A DNA stretch of 56,938 nt, counting the filler, from Dugesia japonica (lineage: Eukaryota): assembly GCA_001938525.1 (NCBI GenBank). It is 5 parts of 5 records of this genome, joined end to end, with 100 filler letters (N's around TTAATTAATTAA, not from the genome) between each part and the next. Parts side by side here need not be neighbours in the genome. Positions count along the whole stretch, not along the records: positions 21,334 to 38,129 come from MQRL01592695.1; 4 more parts are not named here. One strand, given 5' to 3'. Shown one piece after another: positions 24,471-38,229 of this stretch (position 1 is its first letter; each line of letters opens with the position of its first letter). The position numbers and the translations under genes were made by a program. The notes below the pieces were generated by a model that made no database searches, had not been told where the DNA came from, and saw nothing but the letters and a program-made list of their open reading frames with translations.

Positions 24471-25091
24471 TAAAGGTTTAAAGAAAATTATCTTATATTA
24501 ACATAATACCGTGGAATACTTCCCTTCTTCGGCGGGGAAATTTGTTTTTCGGTTTTGAAATTTAGTGCGTAGGCAGATGATGCCATCAGTCTTTGTTGAA
24601 TTTAATGATTTTTGCTTTCGTATTTCAGGTGTGCGACGTCTAATGCTATATTAACCATCTACTCAGAAGAAACTTATTATTCTTCTCAAAAGAAACATTT
24701 CTAGGCATTAGTCCTATAAAATCATAGGCAGTTTTATAATTATGAGTCGAATAGTATCAAAATATTTCAATAAATATCATTTTATATAATTATTATATAT
24801 TTAATAATTAATTATAATAAACTATAAAACAATTTCATAGATGATTTAGATCAGTGGTTGGAGAAAATTTTGTTTGGCTGCACATTAATACATTGCAGTT
24901 TATTTATTTAAATAAATTATGTGTGTAAAATGATTATTTAAAAGAAATTTCATAACGGCATGGTTTTACACTCCTTTCGTTATGTAGTATTTCATTTAGA
25001 TTATTATCACGATTCTAACACGTGATTGATTCAAAAGGTAATTTTTGCTCATTTGTGATTGTTTCACAAAGCAAATTTAACTTTACACGAG

Positions 25092-25243
25092 TCAGACCTG
25101 ACCATATTCTAATTGTTTTTCTACTAATATAAGTATATACCTTCTTTATCTTGAATTTTCGCTTTTACATTTTCAATAGTATCACTTGATTTAACTTCAA
25201 GAATTATAGTCCTGCCAGTAAGTTTTTTAACAAAAATTTGCGT
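25092..25243 (-). pseudogene. Ubiquitin pseudogene
   Basis: [36 protein letters not shown] then, frameshifted and lacking [19 protein letters not shown]. The start codon is ACG and there is no C-terminal GG. Confidence 0.85.
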
Positions 25244-27129
25244 TATTAATGTAATAAATATTAATATAAACTTGTGAAATAGTTTTCAGTAAGTTAAGTT
25301 ACTGTTATCTAATTTCATTTTAATGTATTTAAGAAATTTAAACTTCTGCATTGTTATATAATATATAGTTTTGTAAGTAAATAAGTTATAATAAACAATC
25401 AATTCATATTTTATTGAGATAGATGTGCTTGTTTATGTTGACATATTGAATATAATTTTGGTTCCATACTCGATACACATACAAAAAATAAATATAAACA
25501 TAAATTCGACACTTAACACAGTTGGCCGACTACTTGTTTAGACAGATAAACAATATTTTCTTAGTTACTAATTCTCCTATCAATCTCTAAAAAACAAAAA
25601 AAAATTTTATCGAAGCTTTTATTTTAAATGAATTCTAAAAAACGATCAATGGTTATGTCCAACAATTATTCTCACAATAATTGCAATTGTAAAACAATTA
25701 ATGAAAACATTTGAAATTTATAATGAACTAATTAAATATATTTTTCATTGTTTCAACTAAATAATAAATTATATTATATTTTGTATGCATTATCGAATTG
25801 CATAGAGATTAATGTTTTTATAATTTACCCATAGTTTTGTTGTACAGTAAACTCCTGGATTACTTGTTTTAGAATCAGTCATTTTATGGAATAAATTTGA
25901 AATTAGCGTTTCATTTCCACCTTCACGACTTTAATATTTTCGATTTTCGGTCACTAGAATCGCTGTTTAATAGGATCGATTATAAGTTGACAAATATGAT
26001 CACAATAAGCAGTGCTTAATGTATTTCTTAATTTATAAGTGAAGTATTTTATAGTAATAATAGTGAAAAGAATTATAATTTAATTTATCAAAAGTAAATT
26101 GAAATTTTTATTTATGAACTTAACATTCAGAATAACATAATGAAACCAGCTAAAAATCTAATAGAAAGTCTTATTAAAGTTAAAATTCCAAGTGATAAAC
26201 CGATTATTATTGATAGGTAATCTATAGCTTTTATATATAATATGTCATTAATTTATTTTCATTTTAAATATTTAAATACAAATACATCTTAGTTTTTATT
26301 AAATGAACAGTTGGAAATTGTTAAATATGTGTGACCTTAAATATTTGTTTTAATATTAAAAGTGGTAAATAATATCTTTTGGATAATATTATGTCTATTA
26401 TAGAAAATGTAACTGGAGACCACTGCCATATAAATTCGATATCTAGGAATCAAGCAGCAGGAGTAAAATTTAATTTATGAAGCTTTACTGACAGAATCAC
26501 GAGGACTGTTATTTCCAAAAATTACAAATTCGCAGGAAGTCATTATGAAAATAGAATTGCCTGGTTGAAAGGACTTAAAACGTTCTCAGCCTATAATAAC
26601 TTTGACATCCTGTTAATTTAGGATTTTTTTTTATTAGATGACGACTCTAATAATTTGTGGTTAGCCTGTAAATTATGAACCCAAATAGACGAAAAATCAA
26701 AGAGATTGGTTTAAATTGAGGTTTGTCAAGGATAAATCTTTTCTATGAATGATAGAAGATTTTAGCATAATCGGTCTGAAGAGTGTAGAAAGATTTCAAA
26801 ATTTTGAATCACAAGTTACAAAAAGATGGACGAAATTGTGAAGCAAGTGATTCAAAAGAAAAATCGTTAACGCTTTTTGCCTCGATAATCATAGAGCATA
26901 AATTTGAAATGGGTAAAACATACCTAGTTAAAAATCTTATTAAAATATCAGGCAATCCTATTTTTAGCAACTGATATGGCAACCGATGCATCTGGAAGTT
27001 ATTGTTAGCGATGCCAGATTGAAAATGAAAGAAAGTGTAAAATGTCAAAATTATCTAAGGTAAAATATTTAAATGCTCTGAAGTTTTTCAGAAGTAATGC
27101 ACATAATTACATGACAGAATTCAAAGAAG

Positions 27130-27530
27130 ATTATTATTTAGGGAAATCAAAATTCATTTAATGAACAAAACAATGAAGTTATCAAAAAAAGGAAAAACCT
27201 CCCAGTATTCTAAATATTTAAATAAGTCTTTATTTGAAGACGGCATACTGCTAATAAAGTCGAATGGTGAGCAAAGGATTGTGATTCCCAAAAGATACTT
27301 AACTAATTTTGTAAAAAAGATTAATAAGAATTGAGCCATGTTGAAATAAAAAACAACAAATATGTTTCTCATTACTTCNNNNNNNNNNNNNTGATTATAA
27401 ATATTCAAAATGATGTCAGATAATGTCGTATTGGTATGCAGAGGAAGATTAGTAGTGAGAAGGTTAAGGAAAAATTCATACCAAGTTATGCAGGTGACCA
27501 AAGGGAGCAAATCGTGACAGATGTATGAAT
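27130..27530 (+). pseudogene. Ty3/Gypsy integrase N-terminal region relic
   Basis: EDGILLIKSNGEQRIVIPKRY...IQNDVR*CRIGMQRK...EQIVTD resembles the pre-integrase/HHCC region, with stops. Confidence 0.5.
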
Positions 27531-27639
27531 AACAGTAAATTAAATTAAATTTTATTCAGATCCTTCTTTGGCAAGCTTATACTACTGGAATAAAGTTTTT
27601 CTCGATAGTCACTGATAACCGAATGCTTTTGCATTATTT

Positions 27640-28250
27640 TTATCGTTTTTTTAGGAAATTGTATGTATATACTTGTGTGTATATATATACATACAAACAT
27701 AATAAAAATATTAATATTAAAAAAACAATATTAAGAAATATAAAAGTCAATAAATAAAATTGACTACAGAAATTGAATTTAAAAATAAAATTGAAAAAAT
27801 AAACTTGGCAACCGCGAAAAAAATTTAAAAAACAGACTGATGGAAATAATCGAAAAGAATTTGGTCCCACCATTTATCAATTTCTTATGCATTGGATTCC
27901 CGCAAAATAAACCGTTATAATNNNNNNNNNNNNNNNNNAAGTATTGGCAAAATTAAACAGTAAACAATCCAAACAAAAGGATAATTCCCGATCCAAATAA
28001 TAAAAACAGTAAATTCCTTTTGATTAATTGTTTGGTTTATTTAATAAATTTGTTCGAAAATTATCAATTATTATTTTTTTCTCGTTTTATTAGTATATGT
28101 TGTTTTGGTANNNNNNNNNNNNNNNNNNNNNNNNNNNNNNNNNNNNNNNNNNNNNNNNNNNNNNNNNNAACTATTTTACACAACATTCACCCCGGTTGTC
28201 CCAACATTGAGACAGGAGACTCTGTCGGGCTCTACAACTTATCTAACAAA
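27640..28250. repeat. Interspersed repeat, copy 2
   Basis: See 23750-24470. Confidence 0.7.
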
Positions 28251-30229
28251 TAAAATTAATAACAACAAATAATAATTATAATAATAATAGTAATAAAAAT
28301 CGATCAGATTACTACAAAAGTCAAGATATATAGCTGGTTTAGTTGAATAATAGTTTTCTGGTGGATAAATTTAAAAAAAGGTCTTCTAAAATCACTGGTG
28401 ATATCGGTAAACTTTGATGTTACCAGAGAAATAATTAAAATAGGTTGTCATAAGTATTATCGCGAGACTCAAACATTTTTGGCGTCAGTATAACAAACGT
28501 ACATTCAATTTCACATAAAGATTTAGTTGTAAAACATTTTGTTTCTAACGTATTCCGCATAAATTAACAATTGCTCAATAAAGACTATTGAAAGTTGGTA
28601 GGCAATAAAACTTAAAGTTATACAACAGTGGTTGTTCTATATTTCAAAAAACATCATAAGACCGAGAACGTTTAGATTATGAGAGAGAAATTTAATAGGA
28701 GTTGATTATGCGTGTCTTTTAAGATGAGCCAAACNTGTCAAAAGTTATTCNCATTCGAANCATAGAATAGCTTTTTTTCAGTAAAGATGAACATGCTGCA
28801 AATGAGAATTTAGAAGTTCACATAGTATTAATGCTGAATGGTATACTACTATCTGTTTGCCAGAAATCCTTTGAGAAATAAATAAAATGCGCAATGCCGA
28901 ATCATTCTCTAAAGTGATAAGGCAAACTCCCACAGACCAGTGCAAACAACTAGCTTTTTATTTAGTAATTGAATTAATAGGTTATCTATTGTATAGTCCA
29001 ATTTTGCAGTTAATGAATCATTGATAATGATTTCCTATGTTCTCATATGAACAATTAACTACCTGACCAAATATGGTGTATGATGCGTTGATTAATATTT
29101 ACGGAATGCTTGATTTGCTTTAGCAAAATTATTTTGAAAATCGGTTTTCTTGTATGCAAACTGGTATCTGGACAATATCTTTTTGGAGAACTTTCCCCCG
29201 GACAATATCCCCCTGAATTATATTTTTTTCAATTGCAATTTCCACCCGGACAAAGAAATACAAAGTTTGAAGAAAGTAAAAATTTTCAATTCCAACCATA
29301 ATATAATTAAATAATTTTTCGGGGGATTTTGTCCTAGAAGCATGCAAATGTGTATCAATCAGAAAGAAGAATCTTTTTAAAAACAATAATATAGTTTTTT
29401 AAGTTAGACATTAATTTTCGATACTTATTCACAATGTATATGGAATCGCCTCAATACATATTTAAAAGGTTTTGTTTGAAGATGGAAAATATTTTAATAA
29501 TTTTCATATCAGCAAAACTGCTTTCCTTTCAAAATCACTTTCTAAATAGGTATTGAAATTTAATTACAGTCAATCCTCTCTAAGTCTACACCCTAAGAAA
29601 CTAATGGGAAGTATCGAAAATATAAGTTCGATTGTATAAAAATGTTCACAACTTTTCTAAAGTTCTACGTATACAATAAACTTTGTATATAGAAATTCAA
29701 AGTATCTACATCAAAAGTAAATCATTGTGTTTTTTATAAATTTCAGAAATAATAAAAAAACTTCGAAGAAAAAATGTCTCGAAAACATGATAAAGTAGAA
29801 ATGTGATTTTTGTAAATTTAGTGCAGATTTTAATTTGTTAGATTTTTAATATTTTAATTACTGTCAAATATAAAATTATTCAATAAAAATTGTACATTAA
29901 TAAACATTATTTAAGAACGAGTATTTACCAATAATAAGAACCATAATGATTTTAGAACTTGTGTTAACAATATGATTTATGTTGTTAATTATTCTATGGA
30001 TAATATGGCTTGTGCAATTGACTGCGAACCACAAACCAAATGCTTGCAAACTATAATACCAGATCTTTTTTTAAAAGTATTTTAAATTGATTTAAATTAA
30101 AATAAATATTTAAAAATTAAATTTTCTTTAACGTATATATATTTATAATCGAGAGGTAAAAATATATAAATGCTATGTATTTTAAGATTCATCATAATAA
30201 TTATTATGGGGATCACCGTTAACGCTACC

Positions 30230-30400
30230 GGGTTAATCAGAGCGCTATACTCTAACTATGTCAGCTATTATATTTGCAATAGGATCTCCTCTAATGTAAT
30301 TGCTAACAGATTGTGAGTTAGACATGGCTGTCCTTTATCTTTGTTACTGTTTAACATTGGCATCAATTCAATAATTAATGAGATTTCCAAAACTCTTGGT
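30230..30400 (+). pseudogene. Non-LTR reverse transcriptase fragment
   Basis: LIRALY...VRHGCPLSLLLFNIGINSII corresponds to the GVRQGCPLSPLLFNI motif. Confidence 0.65.
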
Positions 30401-30769
30401 ACTGGTGTTAGATGTGCTGCGATTGGTGCACCTCCATTTTCTACTAAAACTTTGTATGATGGCTCTATAAAATCTGAGCATTGGCATTTCATTGGCAGGG
30501 CAAGAACAAACATCCTCCATGTAGGTAGCAATTACGGTATTCTTTTTAAATTCCAATGGAAGTGTTCTTATCATTTATGGACTCAAGCGCACATTTTTTG
30601 TCACTGTGCAACCTCATCAGTTTTCAGCTCAGGGCGCCACAATGATGTGACTGAGTTGCTTGTTATGTTTGTTAGAGCTACCACAAGCTTCAAAGTCATT
30701 GTCGATTAAACCTGTAACCTTGTTAATAAGACTGATTAAGTAGAAATTGAAACTTTCACAACGAACAGA

Positions 30770-32359
30770 CCGACACTCCTGAGATTTAAGGGATTCAATG
30801 TGAGTTGAGCCGAATTAAGTGATGTAGATGATTTTAATTAGGGTTTCCAAACTTTTATATCATTGTTCTTTTGAAGTTTATGAAAATTATTACTAGAATT
30901 GGAAATAAATTATTAACCATTGTAAGACCACTTTTTTGTTTGAAAAGTTTTTCACCAATGAAAATGCTGTCAGAAAACAGACACAAATTGAAAAGAGATT
31001 TGAAATCATTTTTGGTGATTTCAGGAATATCTGTACGTTTTTTATATCTTTAAAAGAGATCACTAACAATATCGATGATATTAATATTTTTCGGTCTTTT
31101 AATGGAAATTGATTCATAAAAATTTGTTGCATCTAATGAACCAAATTGATCATCGTTCTTCCAATCATAATTTTTAATTCGTTCAACAAACTCAACTATT
31201 TTTCAAATGTGCTGGAATAAAACTTAAAATTATTCTCAAATAATCTGCCATAAGTTTGCATAATGAAGTAGATGGAGTATCAGAAGCATTTACATTAAGT
31301 CTTTCTTTCATTATTGTTTTATTATCTTTAGTAACACAGTACATAGATGATGGAACTGGTTCGTGACATTTNNNNNNNNNNNNNNNNNNNNNNNNNNNNN
31401 NNNNNNNNNNNNNNNNNNNNNNNNNNNNNNNNNNNNNNNNNNNNNNNNNNNNNNNNNNNNNNNNNNNNNNNNNNNNNNNNNNNTCATAATTTTAGCGATA
31501 ATCTTTATGAACTTCATTGAAAATAAAATTACTCTCAAAGCTGAGAAGAAAATACATATATGATTCATATATACGGACGATATTTTTTTTGTTACAAATT
31601 CTCCTTTAGGAAATATTTTAGAACTAGCCAGTAGTATTAACGTTAACATCAAATTCACTTTAGAGAAGTCAATNNNNNNNNNNNNNNNNNNNNNNNNNNN
31701 NNNNNNNNNNNNNNNNNNNNNNNATTCCTTTTCTGGGCACCTTAATTCAAAAGAAACCTGGTGAAATACTAACTACCCAGTTATATATGAGACCATTCAA
31801 CATTGGAGATATATTACCCTGGAGTAGTAATACTGATATCAGACAAAAAATTGGAATAGTCAAGTGTAAATGAATAAGAGCTGAAAGACTATCTTCAAAT
31901 GAAGAAATGAGATTGAATTCCCTCAGGTTGATAAAAAATAAATTTCTAAATAATGGTTATCCAAGTAGAATTGTATGTAAATATCTATTCTCGAATACAA
32001 AATTTAATAAAATCAAACAATGAACAAACATAGTAATTAAACTACCTTTTATTAATGAGAAATGTAGGCAAATTACGCAAAATATAATAAATAAATCGAA
32101 ACTCAAAAACAATCCAAGAATTATATTTAAAACGCAAGTTCTTTTGGGTATCCAATTACAGAAACTAAGACAGAATTTGTGGTCCCAATGTAATTGTGAT
32201 GGTAGAAATATATGCAATAAAAAAATATCACTTACAAAATAACAAGCATCTTATGTAAGATACATATATAGGAGAATCATTGAGAACCATCTGTACAAGA
32301 ATTAAAGAACATTTCAAACAGAAAGAAAGTGAAGTCTTCAAACACTTTAAAAAATCTTT

Positions 32360-32360
<1 letters not shown>
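30770..32360 (+). mobile_element. Decayed Penelope-like retroelement (RT + GIY-YIG endonuclease)
   Basis: LAIIFMNFIE, YTDDIF, INVNIKFTLE, IPFLGTLI, LPWSSN, FLNNGYP, then HIGES.RTICTRIKEH....SEVFKH; multiple stops. The 5' boundary is approximate. Confidence 0.88.
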
Positions 32361-32426
<66 letters not shown>

Positions 32427-32568
32427 NNNNNNNNNNNNNNNNNNNNNNNNNNNNNNNNNNNNNNNNNNNNNNNNNNNNNNNNNNNNNNNNNNNNNNNNNN
32501 NNNNNNNNNNNNNNNNNNNNNNNNNNNNNNNNNNNNNNNNNNNNNNNNNNNNNNNNNNNNNNNNNNNN

Positions 32569-32608
<40 letters not shown>
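32360..32608. repeat. (ATC)n microsatellite spanning a gap
   Basis: Seen directly; source of the poly-S/H/I/M ORFs. Confidence 0.95.
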
Positions 32609-32609
<1 letters not shown>

Positions 32610-32685
32610 TTGGATGATCATCAGCTCATTTTGGAATAACAGCATCTTTTACCTTAGAACTCATTGTTTTACCAAGAAATTTGAG

Positions 32686-32877
32686 TAAATATACATTATA
32701 CACTAAATATACATTATACACTAAATATACATTATACACTTAATATACATTATACACTAAATATACATTATACACTAAATATACATTATACACTTAATAT
32801 ACATTATACACTGAATATACATTATACACTAAATATACATTATACACTTAATATACATTATACACTAAATATACATT
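32686..32877. repeat. 18-bp minisatellite TAAATATACATTATACAC x ~10.5
   Basis: Seen directly; head-to-tail with no spacers. Confidence 0.95.
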
Positions 32878-34235
32878 TGTCAGGATTAATTTTAAAACGA
32901 AATTACTCAATTAGTTCCAACACATTTTATTAGTTAAATTCAAAGTCTCACAACTCGCCATAAGTTTTATTTATTATCACAAGTTTTTGATTCATTATTC
33001 AAACAAATAATCTGAGAAATGTTTAATAAAATATTTTAAAAATATCGATTTCAAATTTTTTTAAATGAATTCTAAAAAACGATCAATAGTTACATCCAAC
33101 AATTATTCTCGCAATAATTGCAATTGTAAAACAAGTTAATCTTTGTTAATCAATCAAAATTGAATTGAATGTAAATTTATAATCTTATAATATTTTTTCA
33201 AATTGAGATACTACTAAACCAAACAGAAGAAATGACTTATCCATGCCTGTTGTACATACAATCAAAACAGTGGATCATTGCAAAATTAATTTGTAGCAAG
33301 TTTCTGAATTAATATGCTTGGCATTAGATGTTATCCTTAATAAACTTTTAGTTGTTCAAAAGAATCTAAACCTGCTATTATCATTTGTACCAAAATCTTC
33401 TTCATTGTATAAATCGTTATCGTAGATTATTTTATAGTTAACAGCAAACTGATCATTATCATCTTCTGGAATAAATGCATTATTTTTATACCATTCCTAA
33501 AGTTCACCTAAACCGATTTTTATATTACCATATATCTTTCCTTTTATGGTTTTACAATTAACTATAATTTTTATAATTGCTTTTAGTTTTGGATGAATAC
33601 TATATTGATTCAAATTTTCTTGATTGCATGTATGCTCTTCATTTGATTTATATACAGATATCTTTTTTATCGTCGTCCATGTTGTATAATAATTGTAATT
33701 TTCATTTGCATTGGCTTTTGTACGTCTCTTAACATTTTTACATCTATAAAAACATCGTTGCTTTTCTCATTTGGACCCACTCTTTATATTTTCAAATGAA
33801 GTGAAACTTTACCAATTTATTCTACTCTTTTTCTCTCTAGAATGTTTTGATGAAATACTAAGGTATATATAATCGAGTGCTAAACATAAAGAAATGATAG
33901 ATAACGAAAATAATACAAGCCTAACTACTTTCAACATCTTCTACTTACCGATAACATAAGGCTTTAATTCAAATGTTGTCATTTTCATATTGATTTTTTT
34001 TATAAAGTTTGAATAGTTTACGTTATATTTAAAACAACATTTTATATACTGCTAAACTTAATTTTTATTCACATATCAAATTACCATCTCATTAAATAAA
34101 TTAATTACTCATTAGTTAATAATACCTCTTATTCAATAATATTACATTTCAATTAATTAATTTTACCTTATGATTAAATACAAGCCTTTCTTTTATATCT
34201 TATATTTTAGTATAACCATTAGTAATAATAACAAT

Positions 34236-37200
34236 TATAAGATAGTCTTTTTAAAAAAGATTTAAATTTTTTGTTGTTTTGAAACGGAATTTATTAAAAT
34301 CAAAAGTATATTTAAATTTGTATCAGGAAAATAAGTTATAAAATAAATCAATAAAATATAAAGATTTTTAAATAAAATAATTATAGATTAAATGAATGAA
34401 ATATGTTAATTTTTTAAATTGTAATATTAATACAATTTAAAAATCCAAATAGATTTTTAAATAAAAACAAATATGATATAAATTAATGAAATAGGTTAAG
34501 TGTTTAAAATGTAATATTAATAAAATGTAAAAATCCAAATAGATTATAAATAAAATAAAATAAAAAATTTCAGGAATGGATTATGGTTAGTGTTTTAAAA
34601 AATTTAATAATAATAAAATTTTAAGAATTTAAATATTTAATATTTTCCGTTTTAAATATGAATTTTTAAATTTGTTTGGTAAATGCAGATTTATGTTTAT
34701 AGTTTTTATTTTAATAAATTTATGGATTTGAATTCTGATGTTAATGATTAAATGAGTTTCCCAAACTCACCTAACATGGTGGCAGTTGTAAACACCTATG
34801 CGATCACAGAAAGATTATTGCCAAAAATATTTTGCAGAGACGATGATCTAGAAAAGTTTATTAAACGGTGTGAAATTTACTTTGAGGCAAAGAACATCGT
34901 TGTTAAGAAATATCAAGAACGTTGGGTATAATGTATGCTTTATGAAGATGTAATGGAAGCATATGTGAAGACACTGAAGAAAGCGTATGGATATCAAGAG
35001 AGATTGCGATTAACTTTTGAGAGCAAGAGAGACATAATAAAAATTTACAGAATCTTGTAAGCTATCAACGTGGTTATGAAAAACTTGAGGTTTTTTTAAA
35101 AAAAAGTGGAAGATTCAAAAAGAGTGTTCAAAAAAGTCTCATGTGGAATGTTGGCCTTGTCACATAAAAGTGCATTTAAGTAGAAATTTTCCAGACAAGA
35201 AACCACCAAAAAGTTTTGGGTGTGATAAGATTGGTAATATCAGAAGGATGTGCACAGAAGTTACATGCGGTAGATGTAAATCTAAAAGCGGAAAACAAAC
35301 AAAAGATTGAGGTCGGACAAAACCAATTCATGTCATTCGAGAAAGGTTTGATGATGAGAATGAAGAATTCCTTAAAATAAAAGGTTTCAAGGATGTGGAA
35401 GTGAACAAAGCAGAAATGATAAAAATAATTGAAGAGAAACAGATTGTAGAAATTTTATATGATACAATCCAAGGGATACCTAGCATTTTAGTCATGATCA
35501 AGGGTGAACAGTTTAATTGTTTGTTAGATACAAGAACAAGAATTAATGTAATGATCATGAAAGGATTTAGTAGACTTGGAAAAACAATGTTTGAAAAAAG
35601 CGAAGAACGATTGCATTGCTCTAATAACAGTTTATTGGAGACAATTTGAAAGATACGTGTCAAAGTTGTAGTTTCAGAGGTGTGCAAGAAAGTAACATTT
35701 ATAATAGTAGAAAAATTAATACCAGTTCTAATTAGTGGAGTGGATTTTCAGAATACTTTTGGTATCATCTTCAGAAAAAGTGCAAGGTAGACATCAATAA
35801 TCATCGAGATAAATTTGTTTGCAACATCTAGGCAAAATTTGGAAGGCAGATACAGACGGGTGAACGATTGAAATATGCAATGTAGATTCTAGAAATTAAC
35901 AAAGATCATAAATTGACTGCGATTATTCAAAATAATGAGGATGTATTTATGGCGGATAAAGGAGACATTGGATGTACATACTTAACAAAGCATCGAATAA
36001 TCACTTAAGGAAGTCCAATCAGCATAAAACCGTATTGCCAACTAATGAATCTTAAAGAGAAGATTGAGAAGGCCATCAAGAATCCATATGATAATGGTAT
36101 CATCCGGAAGTGTAATTCGCAATGGAATACGCCATTAATCTGTGTTTGCAAAAAGGAAAAAAAGTATGCGATTATGCTTAGACTTTAGATAGCTCAATGC
36201 AATAACAGAAAGACAAACTTTTCCTATGCCAAATATGGACAAAATGCTAGATGCTTTGGAAGGTACGCAGTATTTTAGCTCAATAGACTTGGGAAATGCA
36301 TACTACCAAGTGTAACTCAGTGAAGATTCCCAAGAAAAAACAGCTTTTCAACCAAACATGGGCAACTTTGTTTCAATAGAATGCCTTTTGGAATTGCGAC
36401 AGCACCAGGTACGTTCCAGAAAATGATGAATAAAATAATCTGGAAAATAAAAAGAGCGATAGTTTATCTAGATGATATTCTCATATTTACCGAAACAAAG
36501 GAGCAACACTTTGAAATAATCTATAATATATTAACAGAAATTAAGAAGGCTAGTCTAAGAGTTAATCCGGAGAAATATCAATGCATGCGAAAAGAGATCA
36601 AATCTTTGGGACACATTATCAGTATAGAAGGTGTCAAAACAGATCCAACTAAAATAGAAGCAATTAAATACTTTGTTTAACCAAAATGCGTTAAGAAAAT
36701 GAGAAGCTTTTTTGGAATTTGCAATTAATATCGAAAGTTTATTGAAGATTACTCAAAGAAAGTTAGATTTCTAGAACAGCTGTGTAGTGAGTCAAGTAGC
36801 AAGAAAATTGAATGGGCAAATGAATTAGAAGAAGTTTTTAATGGAATGAAAGAAGCACTAATGATTTCTTCAATATTATGTTTTCCAGATATAAATAGAG
36901 GATTTAGTTTGGACACAGGTGCGAGTTTTGATATGATTGGGGCAATACTATCTCAAAAGGACAACAATGGGCAAGAAAGAGTGATTGCATATGGGTCACA
37001 CGCAATAACGAGTCATGATAAAGGATATTGTACTACGCGGAAAGAATTGCTGGCAATTTACTACTTTTGTATTCATTTCAAACATTATTTGCAATATTGT
37101 AGAAGTGGATATTAAAGCTCGGGTGTCCAAGAGAAATTAGAGTTGATTGTGGAATAGCATTTGAGTCAAAATCAATGAAAGATTTCGCAGCTGAACATGA

Positions 37201-38063
37201 CAGTACCCTCAGGTTTTCAAGTCCCTATCCTCATAACACAAATTGGCAAGTCGAGAGACAGTTTAGAACTACGCGGGATCTGATTAATGCAACACCTAAA
37301 GAAAGGAAAACCTCAGATTGGGCTGATGTATTGTCAGAGATAGAATTTACCTTAAATGCTACAAAACAGAAGACTATCGGGAAAGGATCAGCTGAAATCG
37401 TATTTGGGAAGAGAGTAAGCAGAGAATAATGGTACGAAACTGATTTTAAAAAAGAGCACAAAGATCAAGATAAAGAGATATTGATCAAAAGACAATTCAA
37501 GGTTAGGGATGGGGTCTTAGTGAAAGTTAAAACAAGAAACAAGAGCCAAGATCGTTATTAAGGATCCTATAAGATCAAGAGGAAGATTCATGACAGACGC
37601 TACATTCTGAAGATACAAACGGAAAAAGCCTTGAAAGAAACGTAGAGAATATCAAAGAATTTTTTAAAAAGGGGGATATAAGATAATCTTTGAAAAACAG
37701 ATTTAAATGTTTTGTAGTTTTTAAACGGAATTTATTAAAATCAAAAATATATTTAAATTTGTATCAGGAAGATAAGTTATAAAATAAATTACTAAAATAT
37801 AAAGATTTTTAAATAAAATAAATATGGAGTAAATGAATGAAATATGTTAATTGTTGAAAATGTAATATTAATACAATTTAAAATAAAAAATTTCAGGAAT
37901 GGATTATGTTTAGTGTTTTAAAAAGTTTATTAATAATAAAATTTGAAGAATTTAAAATTTCTTTGGATAAAGCAGATTTATGTTTATATTTTTTATTTTA
38001 ATAAATTTACGTAGTTGAATTTTGATGTTAATGATTCGATGAGTTTTCCAAACTCACCTAACA
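34236..38063 (+). mobile_element. Internally deleted, decayed Ty3/Gypsy LTR retrotransposon with both LTRs (34236-34776 and 37677-38063)
   Basis: Both LTRs start TATAAGATA and end CTCACCTAACA. PBS TGGTGGCAG at 34777; PPT AAAAAGGGGGA at 37666-37676. Protease CLLDT, RT MPFGIATAPGTFQ/YLDD, RNase H DTGAS..IGAILSQ, integrase SSPYPHNTNWQVER. Flanks ACAAT/ATAAT. Confidence 0.93.
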
Positions 38064-38069
38064 ATAATG

Positions 38070-38129
<60 letters not shown>
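38064..38129. repeat. (AAT)n microsatellite at the contig end
   Basis: Seen directly. Confidence 0.95.
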
Positions 38130-38229
38130 NNNNNNNNNNNNNNNNNNNNNNNNNNNNNNNNNNNNNNNNNNNNTTAATTAATTAANNNNNNNNNNNNNNN
38201 NNNNNNNNNNNNNNNNNNNNNNNNNNNNN
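38130..38229. other. Artificial contig linker
   Basis: N44-TTAATTAATTAA(38174-38185)-N44. Confidence 0.97.

Noticed and set aside
30400-30710. Fibronectin type III-like relic on the minus strand (TNITSNSVTSLWRP, NGGAPI)
   Set aside because: Only two short motif resemblances across stops; not supportable without a profile search.
32280-32688. Poly-His/Ser/Ile/Met proteins
   Set aside because: Translations of an (ATC)n microsatellite and an N gap; only the first ~25 aa belong to the Penelope GIY-YIG domain.
32686-32877. CRISPR-like array
   Set aside because: Head-to-tail 18-bp units without spacers, in a eukaryotic context with no cas genes.
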